Shown one piece after another: positions 18,724-27,049 of a stretch of DNA of 32,000 nt. The stretch comes from Patescibacteria group bacterium (GTDB taxonomy: Bacteria > Patescibacteriota > UBA1384 > XYA2-FULL-43-10). The notes under the pieces were generated by a model. That model ran no database searches and was not told the origin of the DNA. It saw nothing but the letters and a program-made list of their open reading frames with translations. A program made the translations under genes and the position numbers. The DNA lies in the NCBI GenBank assembly GCA_041674405.1, contig JBAYVT010000002.1:90001-122000 (forward strand). Direction: 5' to 3'. Within the stretch, counting starts at the first letter, position 1; each line of letters begins with the position of its first letter.

Positions 18724-19692
18724 CTACTCAACTTTCCAACCTTCTTTTTTCTTCACGATTTTCCCCTCAATCGAGAATCCTGATGCTCGCTTATGGCCTC
18801 CGCCACCAAATAATCCTGCGATCTGTGCCACATCGATATCATTGCGCTCCGTTCGAAGGCTGCCCTTTAATCTACCATCAGAGGTCTCATAAATCAACAT
18901 TGCCATCTTGTTTCCATCTGTTGAGTTTATCAAATTTACAATTCCAGAAACCTCCTCGTCTGTCGCTCGCGCCTCTTCGATGTCGGTTCTAGTTAAAAAA
19001 GAATATACAATTCCCAAATTTTTCTTTGTAGTCATTCTCGACAAGGCGATTCCCCAAAGTTTTAAGGTCGAGATTGATCTTGATTGAGTTAAACTTTTTG
19101 CAATTTCTTTCAGTTTTGCCCCTTTGTGCATCAGTTCAGACGCAATTAGCAAAACCTTCTCTGTGGTGTTTTGGTGCTGAAATCCGCCCGTATCGTAATA
19201 AATTCCTGTTAAAAGCGAAGTTGCCATGTCGCGATCAATATCCACGCCCCAAAGTATGAAAAGATCATACAAAAGCTCACAGGTTGAAGACGCATCAGGA
19301 TTCGCGATGTTAATTTTTGCAATTTTCCAGATATCATTTTGAATGTGGTGGTCAATATTAACCAGCGGTACATTATTTTTCTTCGCAGATAGAATTCTAG
19401 AGTAAAACCCGGTTCTCTTTAAATCACCATTATCCAAAAGAATGATCGCGTCATAATCCCCAGACAAATAATCTGATCTAATCTCGCTAAAATTTTCAAT
19501 AAAAGAAAATATTGGAGAGGGATCAGTAGCTACTACAATCCTAGAAGACTTCCCGAGCGCTTTCAAATAACTGGCAAAAGCAGATAAGGCACCGAGGGCA
19601 TCTCCATCCGGATTTTCATGCCCGATCAACAGAAAATTAGATCCCTCGGCGATTAGCTTACCAAGTTTTTGAGCAAGTTCAACTTTAATCAT
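18724..19692 (-). CDS. nrnA: DHH-family bifunctional oligoribonuclease/PAP phosphatase NrnA
   Basis: FLLIGHENPDGDALGALSAF...DYDAIILLDNGDLKRTG...NIDHHIQN...FGGGGHKRASGFSI: DHH/DHHA1 motifs. Confidence 0.93.
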   Translation of the reverse strand: MIKVELAQKLGKLIAEGSNFLLIGHENPDGDALGALSAFASYLKALGKSSRIVVATDPSPIFSFIENFSEIRSDYLSGDYDAIILLDNGDLKRTGFYSRILSAKKNNVPLVNIDHHIQNDIWKIAKINIANPDASSTCELLYDLFILWGVDIDRDMATSLLTGIYYDTGGFQHQNTTEKVLLIASELMHKGAKLKEIAKSLTQSRSISTLKLWGIALSRMTTKKNLGIVYSFLTRTDIEEARATDEEVSGIVNLINSTDGNKMAMLIYETSDGRLKGSLRTERNDIDVAQIAGLFGGGGHKRASGFSIEGKIVKKKEGWKVE

Positions 19693-19697
19693 TTAAT

Positions 19698-20192
19698 TTA
19701 TGGTTTGGGTCGTAAGATAAAAAACTTTCGCTCTTCGTCCGGCAAATCAAGTTTTTTAATTTTGAGCGTATCAATATCTTCTTCAACAATTCCCTCGGTT
19801 TTTTTGAACTCTGAAATATCAGAGTAAAGCATAGGAATAACAGTCCTTGGGTCAATCTTAGCAATCAATGCACTGGCATCTTTCATATCTAGAGTGCCAT
19901 CTTCTCCTAAGGGGAGTATTAAAATATCAATATCCCCAATCTCCTTAATCGCTTCATCAGAAATCATTGCCTTTAGTCTTCCGCCATAACAGATCGCCAT
20001 CGCCTCGGCATGAAGTACAAAAACGCAACCATCTCCATTCGGCTTGATTGCCTGAACAAATACACCTTTTCTTTCATATTCACCCGGACCTGAGATTTCA
20101 AATCCATCAATATTGATGTTATCAGACAATGCTATCACAGCATCTTTTGTCTTAATTTCAAATTTTTCCTTGCCCAAATATGTTATTTGCAT
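19698..20192 (-). CDS. Small metallo-beta-lactamase-fold-like protein (UlaG/L-ascorbate-6-P lactonase type, reduced)
   Basis: MQITYLGKEKFEIKTKDAVIALSDN...ISGPGEYERKGVFVQAI...IDILILPLGEDGTLDMKDASALIAKIDPRTVIPMLY. Confidence 0.7.
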   Translation of the reverse strand: MQITYLGKEKFEIKTKDAVIALSDNINIDGFEISGPGEYERKGVFVQAIKPNGDGCVFVLHAEAMAICYGGRLKAMISDEAIKEIGDIDILILPLGEDGTLDMKDASALIAKIDPRTVIPMLYSDISEFKKTEGIVEEDIDTLKIKKLDLPDEERKFFILRPKP

Positions 20193-20229
20193 GGCTCCTC
20201 CACCTAGTTAGTCACTAGAAACTTAGGAA

Positions 20230-21477
20230 TTATTCTTCTTTGTTCTTCCCTTTTGTTTTTTTCTCGGTTTTTTTATCACCAGCTGGTTCGTTCTTTTCAG
20301 CTTTTTCCCCTGATTCTTCTTTCTTTTCAGATTTTTTTGATTTTAAATCTTTCAAGCTCAAGCCCAACCTATGGCTTTCTGGCTCGATAGAGATTATCTT
20401 GAATGTGTATTCTTTGCCAAGTTCAACCACTTCTCCTGGATCAACGATATGTTCGTCAGAAAGTTCAGAAACATGGACAAGACCATCGATATCATCTCCC
20501 AGAGAAACAAAGGCACCAAATGGTGTAATCTTTGTAATAGTGCCTTTGACCTCACTGCCCACTTTAAATTTGGAGGCGGCTTCTACCCATGGATCCGGAA
20601 GTAAACGTTTGATTGATAATGAAATTTTACCTTCATCTACCCCAATAATCATAATTTTAACTTCGTCGCCGACTTTGTAAAGTTTAGAAAGGTCGGAGAC
20701 TCTGCTCCATGACACTTCGGAAATATGGACCAGTCCTTCAATTTGTGGATCCAAACTCACAAACAAGCCGAAGTCCACAATTCCTGTGATTTTTCCAGCA
20801 ACTTTATCCCCAACTTTATATTTATCAATTTTAGTTTTAACTTCCTCGGCCCTTACTGCTTTTTCGGAGAAAATGAGTTTATTATTTTCTTTATCGCAAT
20901 TGATAACCTTAACCATAAGTTCGGTACCAATAAATTGTCGCAATCGATTCAAAATTTCGTCTTTATCACCACCGGAAACTCGTGGATAATTGGCTGGTGA
21001 GAGTTGAGACACTGGTAAAAATCCCTGAATCCCGCCAATATCGGTCATGAGGCCGCCTTTATTCGCATCAACAATCTGAATTGCAACCGGTTCTCCAGAT
21101 TCAAATTTCTGTTGCATTTCAAGCCAATATTTTTCCCGGTCAGCCCGCTTCATAGAGAGCACCACATTACCCTCTTCGTTGTCCATGGAGATAACTGAGG
21201 CATAAACGGCATCGCCCTTAGCAAGACCGGCTTTTGAGGTAATTTCTTTTTCGGGAATAAAACCAAGTGATTGGCCCATCACATCAACCCAAATTCTGTT
21301 TCCTCCAACAGCAAGAACTTTGGCTTCAACCATATCTCCTTCAACAAATGGTAAAATGTCGTCGCCCATCTCTTCCATGAGCGCTTTCATTGAATTTTCA
21401 TCTGTTTTTTTGTTTTCTTTTTTCTCTTTTTTAACTTCTGCTTCTACCAATTCTTCATCCGCTACAACTTTTTTCAT
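20230..21477 (-). CDS. rpsA: 30S ribosomal protein S1 (about four S1 domains)
   Basis: Repeated S1 motifs, e.g. VGDKVAGKITGIVDFGLFVSLDPQIEGLVHISEVSWSRV and VGSEVKGTITKITPFGAFVSLGDDIDGLVHVSELS. Confidence 0.93.
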   Translation of the reverse strand: MKKVVADEELVEAEVKKEKKENKKTDENSMKALMEEMGDDILPFVEGDMVEAKVLAVGGNRIWVDVMGQSLGFIPEKEITSKAGLAKGDAVYASVISMDNEEGNVVLSMKRADREKYWLEMQQKFESGEPVAIQIVDANKGGLMTDIGGIQGFLPVSQLSPANYPRVSGGDKDEILNRLRQFIGTELMVKVINCDKENNKLIFSEKAVRAEEVKTKIDKYKVGDKVAGKITGIVDFGLFVSLDPQIEGLVHISEVSWSRVSDLSKLYKVGDEVKIMIIGVDEGKISLSIKRLLPDPWVEAASKFKVGSEVKGTITKITPFGAFVSLGDDIDGLVHVSELSDEHIVDPGEVVELGKEYTFKIISIEPESHRLGLSLKDLKSKKSEKKEESGEKAEKNEPAGDKKTEKKTKGKNKEE

Positions 21478-21533
21478 CTACTCTCCCAACTAACACATTA
21501 ATTATAAATAAAATGAACAAGATCGGCGTGTGT

Positions 21534-21926
21534 TTATTTCCTTTTTTTGCTCTTGGGTAAATATTTTTGATATTTTTCCTCGGCAAATTTTTTATTATTC
21601 ATCTTTGGGATATACCTTGCCATCCAAATTGTTAAATAAGTCAACGAGGCAAGGAGACCGGCAATGATCACAAGCAACACAATTCTGGCTGATAAATAAG
21701 GAAGGCCCTCATGCCGAGCAAAAACATAAATCAATCCCAATATCCCGCCCGTTAAATATATGTAGAATTGCCTGTTTTTTATTTTCCTATCTTGTTTCGA
21801 AAATTTAATTAGAATTGCGAATACAATAAGCGCAACAAATATTATCAAATAATACAAGTTCAAGCGACTCTCCGCTGGGGCAGATTTGAACAAATAATCG
21901 CTGTTAAAAATTTTCGAAAAATCCAT
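21534..21926 (-). CDS. Hypothetical membrane protein (about 3 TM)
   Basis: 130-aa ORF, hydrophobic segments, same orientation as neighbours. Confidence 0.7.
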   Translation of the reverse strand: MDFSKIFNSDYLFKSAPAESRLNLYYLIIFVALIVFAILIKFSKQDRKIKNRQFYIYLTGGILGLIYVFARHEGLPYLSARIVLLVIIAGLLASLTYLTIWMARYIPKMNNKKFAEEKYQKYLPKSKKRK

Positions 21927-21999
21927 AAAAACCTTGGTTATTTAAGGCTCCTTGACAAGAACCAACGGGTACCCTTTGGTTCGAGTGAAACGAGTCTAA

Positions 22000-22076
22000 T
22001 GGTGGGCGCTAAGGGAGTCGAACCCCTGACCTACTCGGTGTAAACGAGTCGCTCTAACCAACTGAGCTAAGCGCCC
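22000..22076 (-). tRNA. tRNA-Val(UAC)
   Basis: GGGCGCTTAGCTCAGTTGGTTAGAGCGACTCG TTTACAC CGAGTAGGTCAGGGGTTCGACTCCCTTAGCGCCCACCA. Confidence 0.97.
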
Positions 22077-22085
22077 CTTTGAAAC

Positions 22086-22454
22086 TTATTTCACATCAAC
22101 TCGCAGTTTCTCAAATTCTTCGTAATCACATATTATCTCTTGCCCTTCTTTAATATCTTCGATCGCGAAATACTCATTGCCCTGCATCTTGACGTTGGGA
22201 TCTTTGGAATGATTACAGAAGCGAATGTTATCGAAGGATGAGTGCCATTTGCCAGTATGCTTTGACAAGTAGCCAAAATGTCGAAATGATTCTTGCTCAC
22301 CTGGTCTCAAATTTCCGAATTCTTCTTGAGTCAGAATCACATCAAGTTTTGGGCTGTAGTCAACTACTTTGGTTCCCTTTTTAATATCTTCGCCAGCGAA
22401 AAGACCAATCCCATCTATCGTGCTTTTATCTAAATAGGTTTTTACAAAAAGCAT
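22086..22454 (-). CDS. SET-domain protein; preferred start 22454 (track start 22502 lies upstream of the tRNA-fragment repeat)
   Basis: MLFVKTYLDKSTIDGIGLFAGEDIKKGTKVVDYSP...IRFCNHSKDPNVKMQGNEYFAIEDIKEGQEIICDYEEF: SET hallmarks (GxGLF, NHxxxPN, GExxxxDY). Confidence 0.88.
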   Translation of the reverse strand: MLFVKTYLDKSTIDGIGLFAGEDIKKGTKVVDYSPKLDVILTQEEFGNLRPGEQESFRHFGYLSKHTGKWHSSFDNIRFCNHSKDPNVKMQGNEYFAIEDIKEGQEIICDYEEFEKLRVDVK

Positions 22455-22472
22455 AGAGCCTCTTTGTATTAT

Positions 22473-22493
22473 TGGTGGGCGAAAGAGGACTTG
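22473..22493 (-). repeat. Exact 21-nt copy of the 3' end of tRNA-Leu(GAG)
   Basis: Minus strand CAAGTCCTCTTTCGCCCACCA, identical to minus strand 22639-22619. Confidence 0.9.
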
Positions 22494-22581
22494 GTCACGC
22501 ATTAAAATCTGCTAATTTTGTGCTCGACCCCGCCTCATTCCCGTCGGAATTCCGGCTTTCAAGTCCTTAAACTATCCAATA

Positions 22582-22618
22582 CCCCACATAGCTCATTCTT
22601 CGAATGAACGATATGGGG
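22582..22618 (-). repeat. 37-nt hairpin immediately abutting the CCA end of tRNA-Leu(GAG)
   Basis: Minus strand CCCCATATCGTTCATTC-GAA-GAATGAGCTATGTGGGG; 17-nt arms with one mismatch and G-T wobbles. Confidence 0.8.
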
Positions 22619-22705
22619 TGGTGGGCGAAAGAGGACTTGAACCTCCACGGGATTGCTCCCACAGCCACCTCAAGGCTGCGTGTCTACCAATTCCACCATC
22701 CGCCC
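22619..22705 (-). tRNA. tRNA-Leu(GAG)
   Basis: GGGCGGATGGTGGAATTGGTAGACACGCAGCC TTGAGGT GGCTG...GGTTCAAGTCCTCTTTCGCCCACCA. Confidence 0.96.
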
Positions 22706-22716
22706 ATAAAATGAAA

Positions 22717-22737
22717 ATTCTCGGCCAGCCCGAGAAT
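22717..22737 (-). terminator. Terminator after the ABC-2 permease gene
   Basis: Minus strand ATTCTCGG-GCTGG-CCGAGAATTTTC. Confidence 0.65.
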
Positions 22738-22812
22738 ATCTAAATATCTATTCAAGCTAGCTTAATAATTTATAAGCAAAGTATATCAAAAATTATTACG
22801 GAAGTAAATACA

Positions 22813-23994
22813 CTATTCGGCTTTTCTCCTCAAGAAGTTGATTGCCAGCAAAATAAACAAAACAAGAAAACCAATTAGTATTAATAAATTTGGCCAAACA
22901 TCAAAAAACTCCATATTGAGCAAGTTAACTTCGCGCATCGCCCTGATTGAATATGTAAATGGCACAATCAACGAAATATTTTTGATATAAGGGTGTATGG
23001 TCTCAGATTGAAATAAAAACGGGGTTAGAATTAGGGTCAAATAGAACACTATTACCCCGACCTGAATCGATTCTTGCAGAGAATGAGTCACTGCCGAAAT
23101 CAGAATCCCCAAGGCAATCGCCGTTTCAGCAGTAATAAACATAATTATCCCGACCAACCAAATCGGACCAAGAGAAACTTCAAAAAATATTTTTAAAGTT
23201 GATATCACCAATACCGACAAAATGATCGCAACAAACGAGAAAGCGATAAACTTTCCGAAAATCATCTGCGATTTACGATAAGGAGTAACAAAAAAACGCT
23301 CAAATGTCCCCTCAGACCGCTCACTGGTGATTGAAATCGTTGATAAGTTTATCGCATTGATTATCATCAAAAGAACCATCAGGGCAGAAAGAAAATAGTC
23401 AAAATATTTAAGGCTTTTTGTGGTATTTTTTTCTTCCGCTATCCTGATTGAATCTTCTTCAATGCTTATGCTGGTATGATTTTTTGTAACAAGTTTGAGT
23501 TGTTCAGGATCATGGATAATTGTTTCAATTTGCTTCTGTAAATTGCCTTCCGCCTGGACTTTGACATTTTGCCCAGCAAAACCAGCGAGCGAGCCCTCCA
23601 CAGCATCGACCACAAGCATTTTGACCCTACCGCTAAGATCAGGCACTGTTGAATTTTCAACAATCCGAATTTTCCCTTTAATCAGATTCTCTTCCTCTGC
23701 AATATCGACAATGACCGCTGAGCGAAATTTATCGTTTTTTACCCCCTCCAAAGCCTCCTTTTCACTGGATTCGGATGAAAAATTTATCCTCTCCTCATCT
23801 TCTAAATTCTGGACGATTTCTTCAGAATATTTATTCGAGTCGACATTAAATAATGACACCCTGATATCTTTTGGCTCCTGCCAAGTTACTAGCCCGAGAA
23901 AAATCACGACTATTATCGGCTGGGTAAGAAAAAGAAGAAACCACCGCCTGTCTCTTACAAATTTTTTCAACTCATAAAGTGCAATTTTTAACAC
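22813..23994 (-). CDS. ABC-2 type transporter permease
   Basis: MLKIALYELKKFVRDRRWFLLFLTQPIIVVIFLG...SERSEGTFERFFVTPYRKSQMIFGKFIAF...five further C-terminal TM segments. Confidence 0.9.
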   Translation of the reverse strand: MLKIALYELKKFVRDRRWFLLFLTQPIIVVIFLGLVTWQEPKDIRVSLFNVDSNKYSEEIVQNLEDEERINFSSESSEKEALEGVKNDKFRSAVIVDIAEEENLIKGKIRIVENSTVPDLSGRVKMLVVDAVEGSLAGFAGQNVKVQAEGNLQKQIETIIHDPEQLKLVTKNHTSISIEEDSIRIAEEKNTTKSLKYFDYFLSALMVLLMIINAINLSTISITSERSEGTFERFFVTPYRKSQMIFGKFIAFSFVAIILSVLVISTLKIFFEVSLGPIWLVGIIMFITAETAIALGILISAVTHSLQESIQVGVIVFYLTLILTPFLFQSETIHPYIKNISLIVPFTYSIRAMREVNLLNMEFFDVWPNLLILIGFLVLFILLAINFLRRKAE

Positions 23995-24001
23995 AAAACT
24001 C

Positions 24002-24715
24002 CTAAATGTTTGCTAGTACTTCCTGTAGATTCTTCGCCCTGTGCCTTGCAATTATTTGTTCTGGACTTCCCTCAATAATTATTTTTCCTTCGCGCAGAAT
24101 TATCAATTGATCACACAGAGTTTGGGCTTCATCCATATAATGTGTAGTGGTGATGATTGTCGCTGTTTTTTTCAATTCAAAAGTCAGCTGCCAAATTTTC
24201 TCCCGGGCAACCGGATCGAGCCCCATCGTTGCCTCATCAAAAAAAAGTATCTGGGGTTTATGTACTATCGCACAAGCGATTGATAATCTTTTAGCCATTC
24301 CGCCAGATAAATTTTTTACAAGCTTAGCTTTAGAACCAAGAAGATCAACCATTTTCAGAGTTTCGGAGATTCTTTCATTTCTATTGCCGTCATATTTATA
24401 AGCACTAAAAAAGAAATCAACGTTTTCCCAAACCGACAAGTTCAAGTAAAGAGCATCTTTTTGCGGCACGTATCCAATATTTTGGCGAATCTCTTGAGCA
24501 TTATTTATATAGTCTAGACCTTCAATTTCTATTGAGCCACTGGTGGGCGAAAGAATTGTCGCCAACATTCTAAGCGTGGTCGTTTTGCCCGAACCATTTG
24601 GGCCAAGAATGCCAAAAATTGTATTTTTTAAAACCTCAAAAGAAATGCCGGAAACAACTTTTTTTGTTCCGAATATTTTTGTTAGCCCAGATGTTTTGAT
24701 AACTGTATTGTTCAC
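24002..24715 (-). CDS. ABC transporter ATP-binding protein
   Basis: GILGPNGSGKTTTLRML (Walker A), NLSGGMAKRLSIACAIVHKPQILFFDEATMGLDP (signature/Walker B). Confidence 0.97.
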   Translation of the reverse strand: MNNTVIKTSGLTKIFGTKKVVSGISFEVLKNTIFGILGPNGSGKTTTLRMLATILSPTSGSIEIEGLDYINNAQEIRQNIGYVPQKDALYLNLSVWENVDFFFSAYKYDGNRNERISETLKMVDLLGSKAKLVKNLSGGMAKRLSIACAIVHKPQILFFDEATMGLDPVAREKIWQLTFELKKTATIITTTHYMDEAQTLCDQLIILREGKIIIEGSPEQIIARHRAKNLQEVLANI

Positions 24716-24760
24716 TCTACAAATAATAACACGAATCTTAAATGATTATTAGCCGAGACG

Positions 24761-24787
24761 AATCAAAAAGACAGGGTGCTGCCTGTC
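24761..24787 (-). terminator. Terminator between tRNA-Leu(CAG) and the ABC operon
   Basis: Minus strand GACAGG-CAGCAC-CCTGTCTTTTTG. Confidence 0.65.
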
Positions 24788-24814
24788 TCAATTATATTCG
24801 CTTAAAATTTTGGA

Positions 24815-24900
24815 TGGTGGGCGCGAGAGGACTTGAACCTCCACGAGATTGCTCTCACAGCGTTCTGAACGCTGCGTGTCTGCCATTCCACCACGCGCCC
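24815..24900 (-). tRNA. tRNA-Leu(CAG)
   Basis: GGGCGCGTGGTGGAATGGCAGACACGCAGCG TTCAGAA CGCTG...GGTTCAAGTCCTCTCGCGCCCACCA. Confidence 0.96.
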
Positions 24901-26403
24901 TTATTTTGACACACGCCTTTCGGTGATAAACCACTGCGTAATATTTGCAAACATGTCTTGTGGTTTATTTGCCCTGATGTTCCCTATTCCATGTATATTC
25001 GATTTTACTGAAAAATTGTACTTTGAATATGGAAAAAATACAATCAGATTCTGGTTTTTAACCGATTCAAAAAACTGATCATATTTAGCATTTCGGGCAA
25101 CAGAATCCGAAATCATCCGCGCATCTTCCAAAAGAATATCCGAACTCTTATCTTTATAACCCGCCAAATTCATCGCATCCGATTGGCTTCCATGCCAGAA
25201 AACATATGGATCCCTATCATAACCATAGTCAAATCCATACAATATTAGATCATAATTTCGTTCCAAAATTGCATTTGGATAATCCACCGACTTAACAAAA
25301 TTTGCTTCAATTTCAATATTTGCCGCATTGGCTTTTTGGATTAACTCATCAGCTTTGTCTCTTTGGGCTTTAGCATCCAGCGCCAAGAGTCTCACCTTGA
25401 TCTTATCTCCGGGCAAAAATTGCATTATGCGTGATCGAATATCGACATTCGCCATATTTGGTTGGCGCAAGTTTGCAATTAAAGCAAGCTGCCTCTCTGT
25501 TTCAAAATCTTTATTTTGAAAATCGTCATTTGGATTTGGAAGTCCCGCAGTGGCTTGATAATTATTGATTAATGAGGTCGCAAGTGAAATCTGGGCGTCC
25601 GGAAAGGCATCAAAAGAAATATCTTTTATATACGGCGAACCATTAAAATAATTTCGATTGGCAGAAAGGGTTACTTTTTTTCCGCCTCCATTTTGGATAC
25701 TCAGCGTCTTTATAAATTTATATGGGCCAGTCCCGTTGAAATTATCAACCAGGGATGAATTTACATCGTCCTGTGAAATTATCCCCTGAATACATTGGTA
25801 GATAAATGGGCCATATGGTCGAGGCAAAGTAAATGTAACAACACTCGGGTCGGGTGATGTCACATCCACATCTTTCCACTCATCGAGGTAAGCACTTTTT
25901 ATATTAGGATCTTGAATTAAATTAATGGTTGAAATTACATCTGCCGCACTAAAATTTTGTCCGTTATGAAAAGCAATCCCGTTTTGCAATTGAAAAGTAT
26001 AAACAAGTCCATCGTTTGAAATCTCCCAACTTTTTGCCAAATCAGGTATTACATTTCCATCTTCGCCTATCTTCACTAAACCATCATAAATTAGTCCGGA
26101 AATTGATTTTTCTGCATCAGATTTAGCAAGCACAGGATTCAAATATTTAACGTCACCCAATACTTCTTCGTTATACGATCCGCCAAATGCAGGAATTGGT
26201 TCAGTATTTGAGATAAATAACTGATTGCCCTTGATTACAATGAGTATGATAGCCAAAACTGAAAACACGATCGAAATAATTCTTTCGCTTGGAGACATCA
26301 AACTTGCACTTTTTGCAATCCTTTTAGAAAAGGCAGCAATTAAAGCGAATAAAGATTTCAAAACCCGCCCTCTCGATATCCCCTTTGATTGTGAGAAATT
26401 CAT
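24901..26403 (-). CDS. Extracellular solute-binding protein family 5 (oligopeptide-binding-like) with an N-terminal TM anchor
   Basis: IPAFGGSYNEEVLGDVKYLNPVLAKSDAEKSISGLIYDGLVKIGEDGNVIPDLAKSWEISNDGLVYTFQLQNGIAFHNGQNFSAADVISTI...DLILYGFDYGYDRDPYVFWHGSQ; TM SIVFSVLAIILIVI near the N-terminus. Confidence 0.88.
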   Translation of the reverse strand: MNFSQSKGISRGRVLKSLFALIAAFSKRIAKSASLMSPSERIISIVFSVLAIILIVIKGNQLFISNTEPIPAFGGSYNEEVLGDVKYLNPVLAKSDAEKSISGLIYDGLVKIGEDGNVIPDLAKSWEISNDGLVYTFQLQNGIAFHNGQNFSAADVISTINLIQDPNIKSAYLDEWKDVDVTSPDPSVVTFTLPRPYGPFIYQCIQGIISQDDVNSSLVDNFNGTGPYKFIKTLSIQNGGGKKVTLSANRNYFNGSPYIKDISFDAFPDAQISLATSLINNYQATAGLPNPNDDFQNKDFETERQLALIANLRQPNMANVDIRSRIMQFLPGDKIKVRLLALDAKAQRDKADELIQKANAANIEIEANFVKSVDYPNAILERNYDLILYGFDYGYDRDPYVFWHGSQSDAMNLAGYKDKSSDILLEDARMISDSVARNAKYDQFFESVKNQNLIVFFPYSKYNFSVKSNIHGIGNIRANKPQDMFANITQWFITERRVSK

Positions 26404-26422
26404 GAGTTTCCTTATCTCTCAA

Positions 26423-26641
26423 TCATCCGAGAAATACCGTGAGAAGCGCCGAGACGCAAAATAAGACTGCAAGCACTATTGTGGCATAAAATAAAGTTTT
26501 TTCGATTCCCCTTCTGGATCGATATACATTGCCCTCACCGCCAAAGACCATACCAAGACCAGAGCCCCGTTGCTGCAAAAGAATGGCGATCGTGAGCAAA
26601 ACTGCGAAGATGATCTGTAAAATTTTAAGGGTAAAAATCAT
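26423..26641 (-). CDS. secG: Protein translocase subunit SecG (real start 26641; track ORF begins upstream in tRNA sequence)
   Basis: MIFTLKILQIIFAVLLTIAILLQQRGSGLGMVFGGEGNVYRSRRGIEKTLFYATIVLAVLFCVSALLTVFLG: QxRGSG and two TMs. Confidence 0.92.
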   Translation of the reverse strand: MIFTLKILQIIFAVLLTIAILLQQRGSGLGMVFGGEGNVYRSRRGIEKTLFYATIVLAVLFCVSALLTVFLG

Positions 26642-26680
26642 AATTTCCTCAGTAAATAATGGTCTGCCACGCGTAATGAT

Positions 26681-26716
26681 GTTTCGATTGCGAACCCGTA
26701 GGTTTCGAATCGAACC
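26681..26716 (-). repeat. Imperfect hairpin between tRNA-Phe and secG with T-arm-like sequence
   Basis: Minus strand GGTTCGATTCGAAACC-TAC-GGGTTCGCAATCGAAAC; about 13 bp can pair. Confidence 0.55.
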
Positions 26717-26727
26717 AGAATGAAGTG

Positions 26728-26802
<75 letters not shown>

Positions 26803-26803
26803 A

Positions 26804-26877
26804 TGGAGGCCTGGACCGGAATTGAACCGGTGTACGCGGTTTTGCAGACCGCTGCGTAACCACTCCGCCACCAGGCC
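26804..26877 (-). tRNA. tRNA-Cys(GCA)
   Basis: GGCCTGGTGGCGGAGTGGTTACGCAGCGGT CTGCAAA ACCGCGTACACCGGTTCAATTCCGGTCCAGGCCTCCA; U73 typical of Cys. Confidence 0.96.
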
Positions 26878-26902
26878 GAGACAAAACGCGCGTATTATGG
26901 CT

Positions 26903-26977
26903 TGGAGCGGGTAGCGGGAGTCGAACCCGCATCTTATCCATGGCAAGGATACATAATAGCCGCTATACGATACCCGC
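26903..26977 (-). tRNA. tRNA-Gly(GCC)
   Basis: GCGGGTATCGTATAGCGGCTATTATGTATCC TTGCCAT GGATAAGATGCGGGTTCGACTCCCGCTACCCGCTCCA. Confidence 0.96.
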
Positions 26978-27020
26978 AAAACCACCAAAAAATAATGTTT
27001 GCCAAAATACTACAAGCAAA

Positions 27021-27049
27021 ATAATAGCAAAGAATCAATCTTGTGTAAA
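27021..27049 (-). promoter_or_regulatory. Sigma70-type promoter for the tRNA-Gly/Cys/Phe-secG transcription unit
   Basis: Minus strand TTTACA (27049-27044), 17-nt spacer, TATTAT (27026-27021). Confidence 0.7.

Noticed and set aside
21941-21999. Possible terminator or tRNA-fragment after tRNA-Val (GAACCAACGGGTACCCTTTGGTTC and CGAGTGAAACGAGT)
   Set aside because: Short, imperfect pairing without a T-tract; only a 9-nt match to tRNA-Val, not enough to support a claim.
22455-22502. Extended N-terminus MRDQVLFRPPIIQRGS of the SET protein
   Set aside because: Encoded by the duplicated tRNA-Leu 3' fragment; an AGAGG SD and ATG at 22454 lie just after it.
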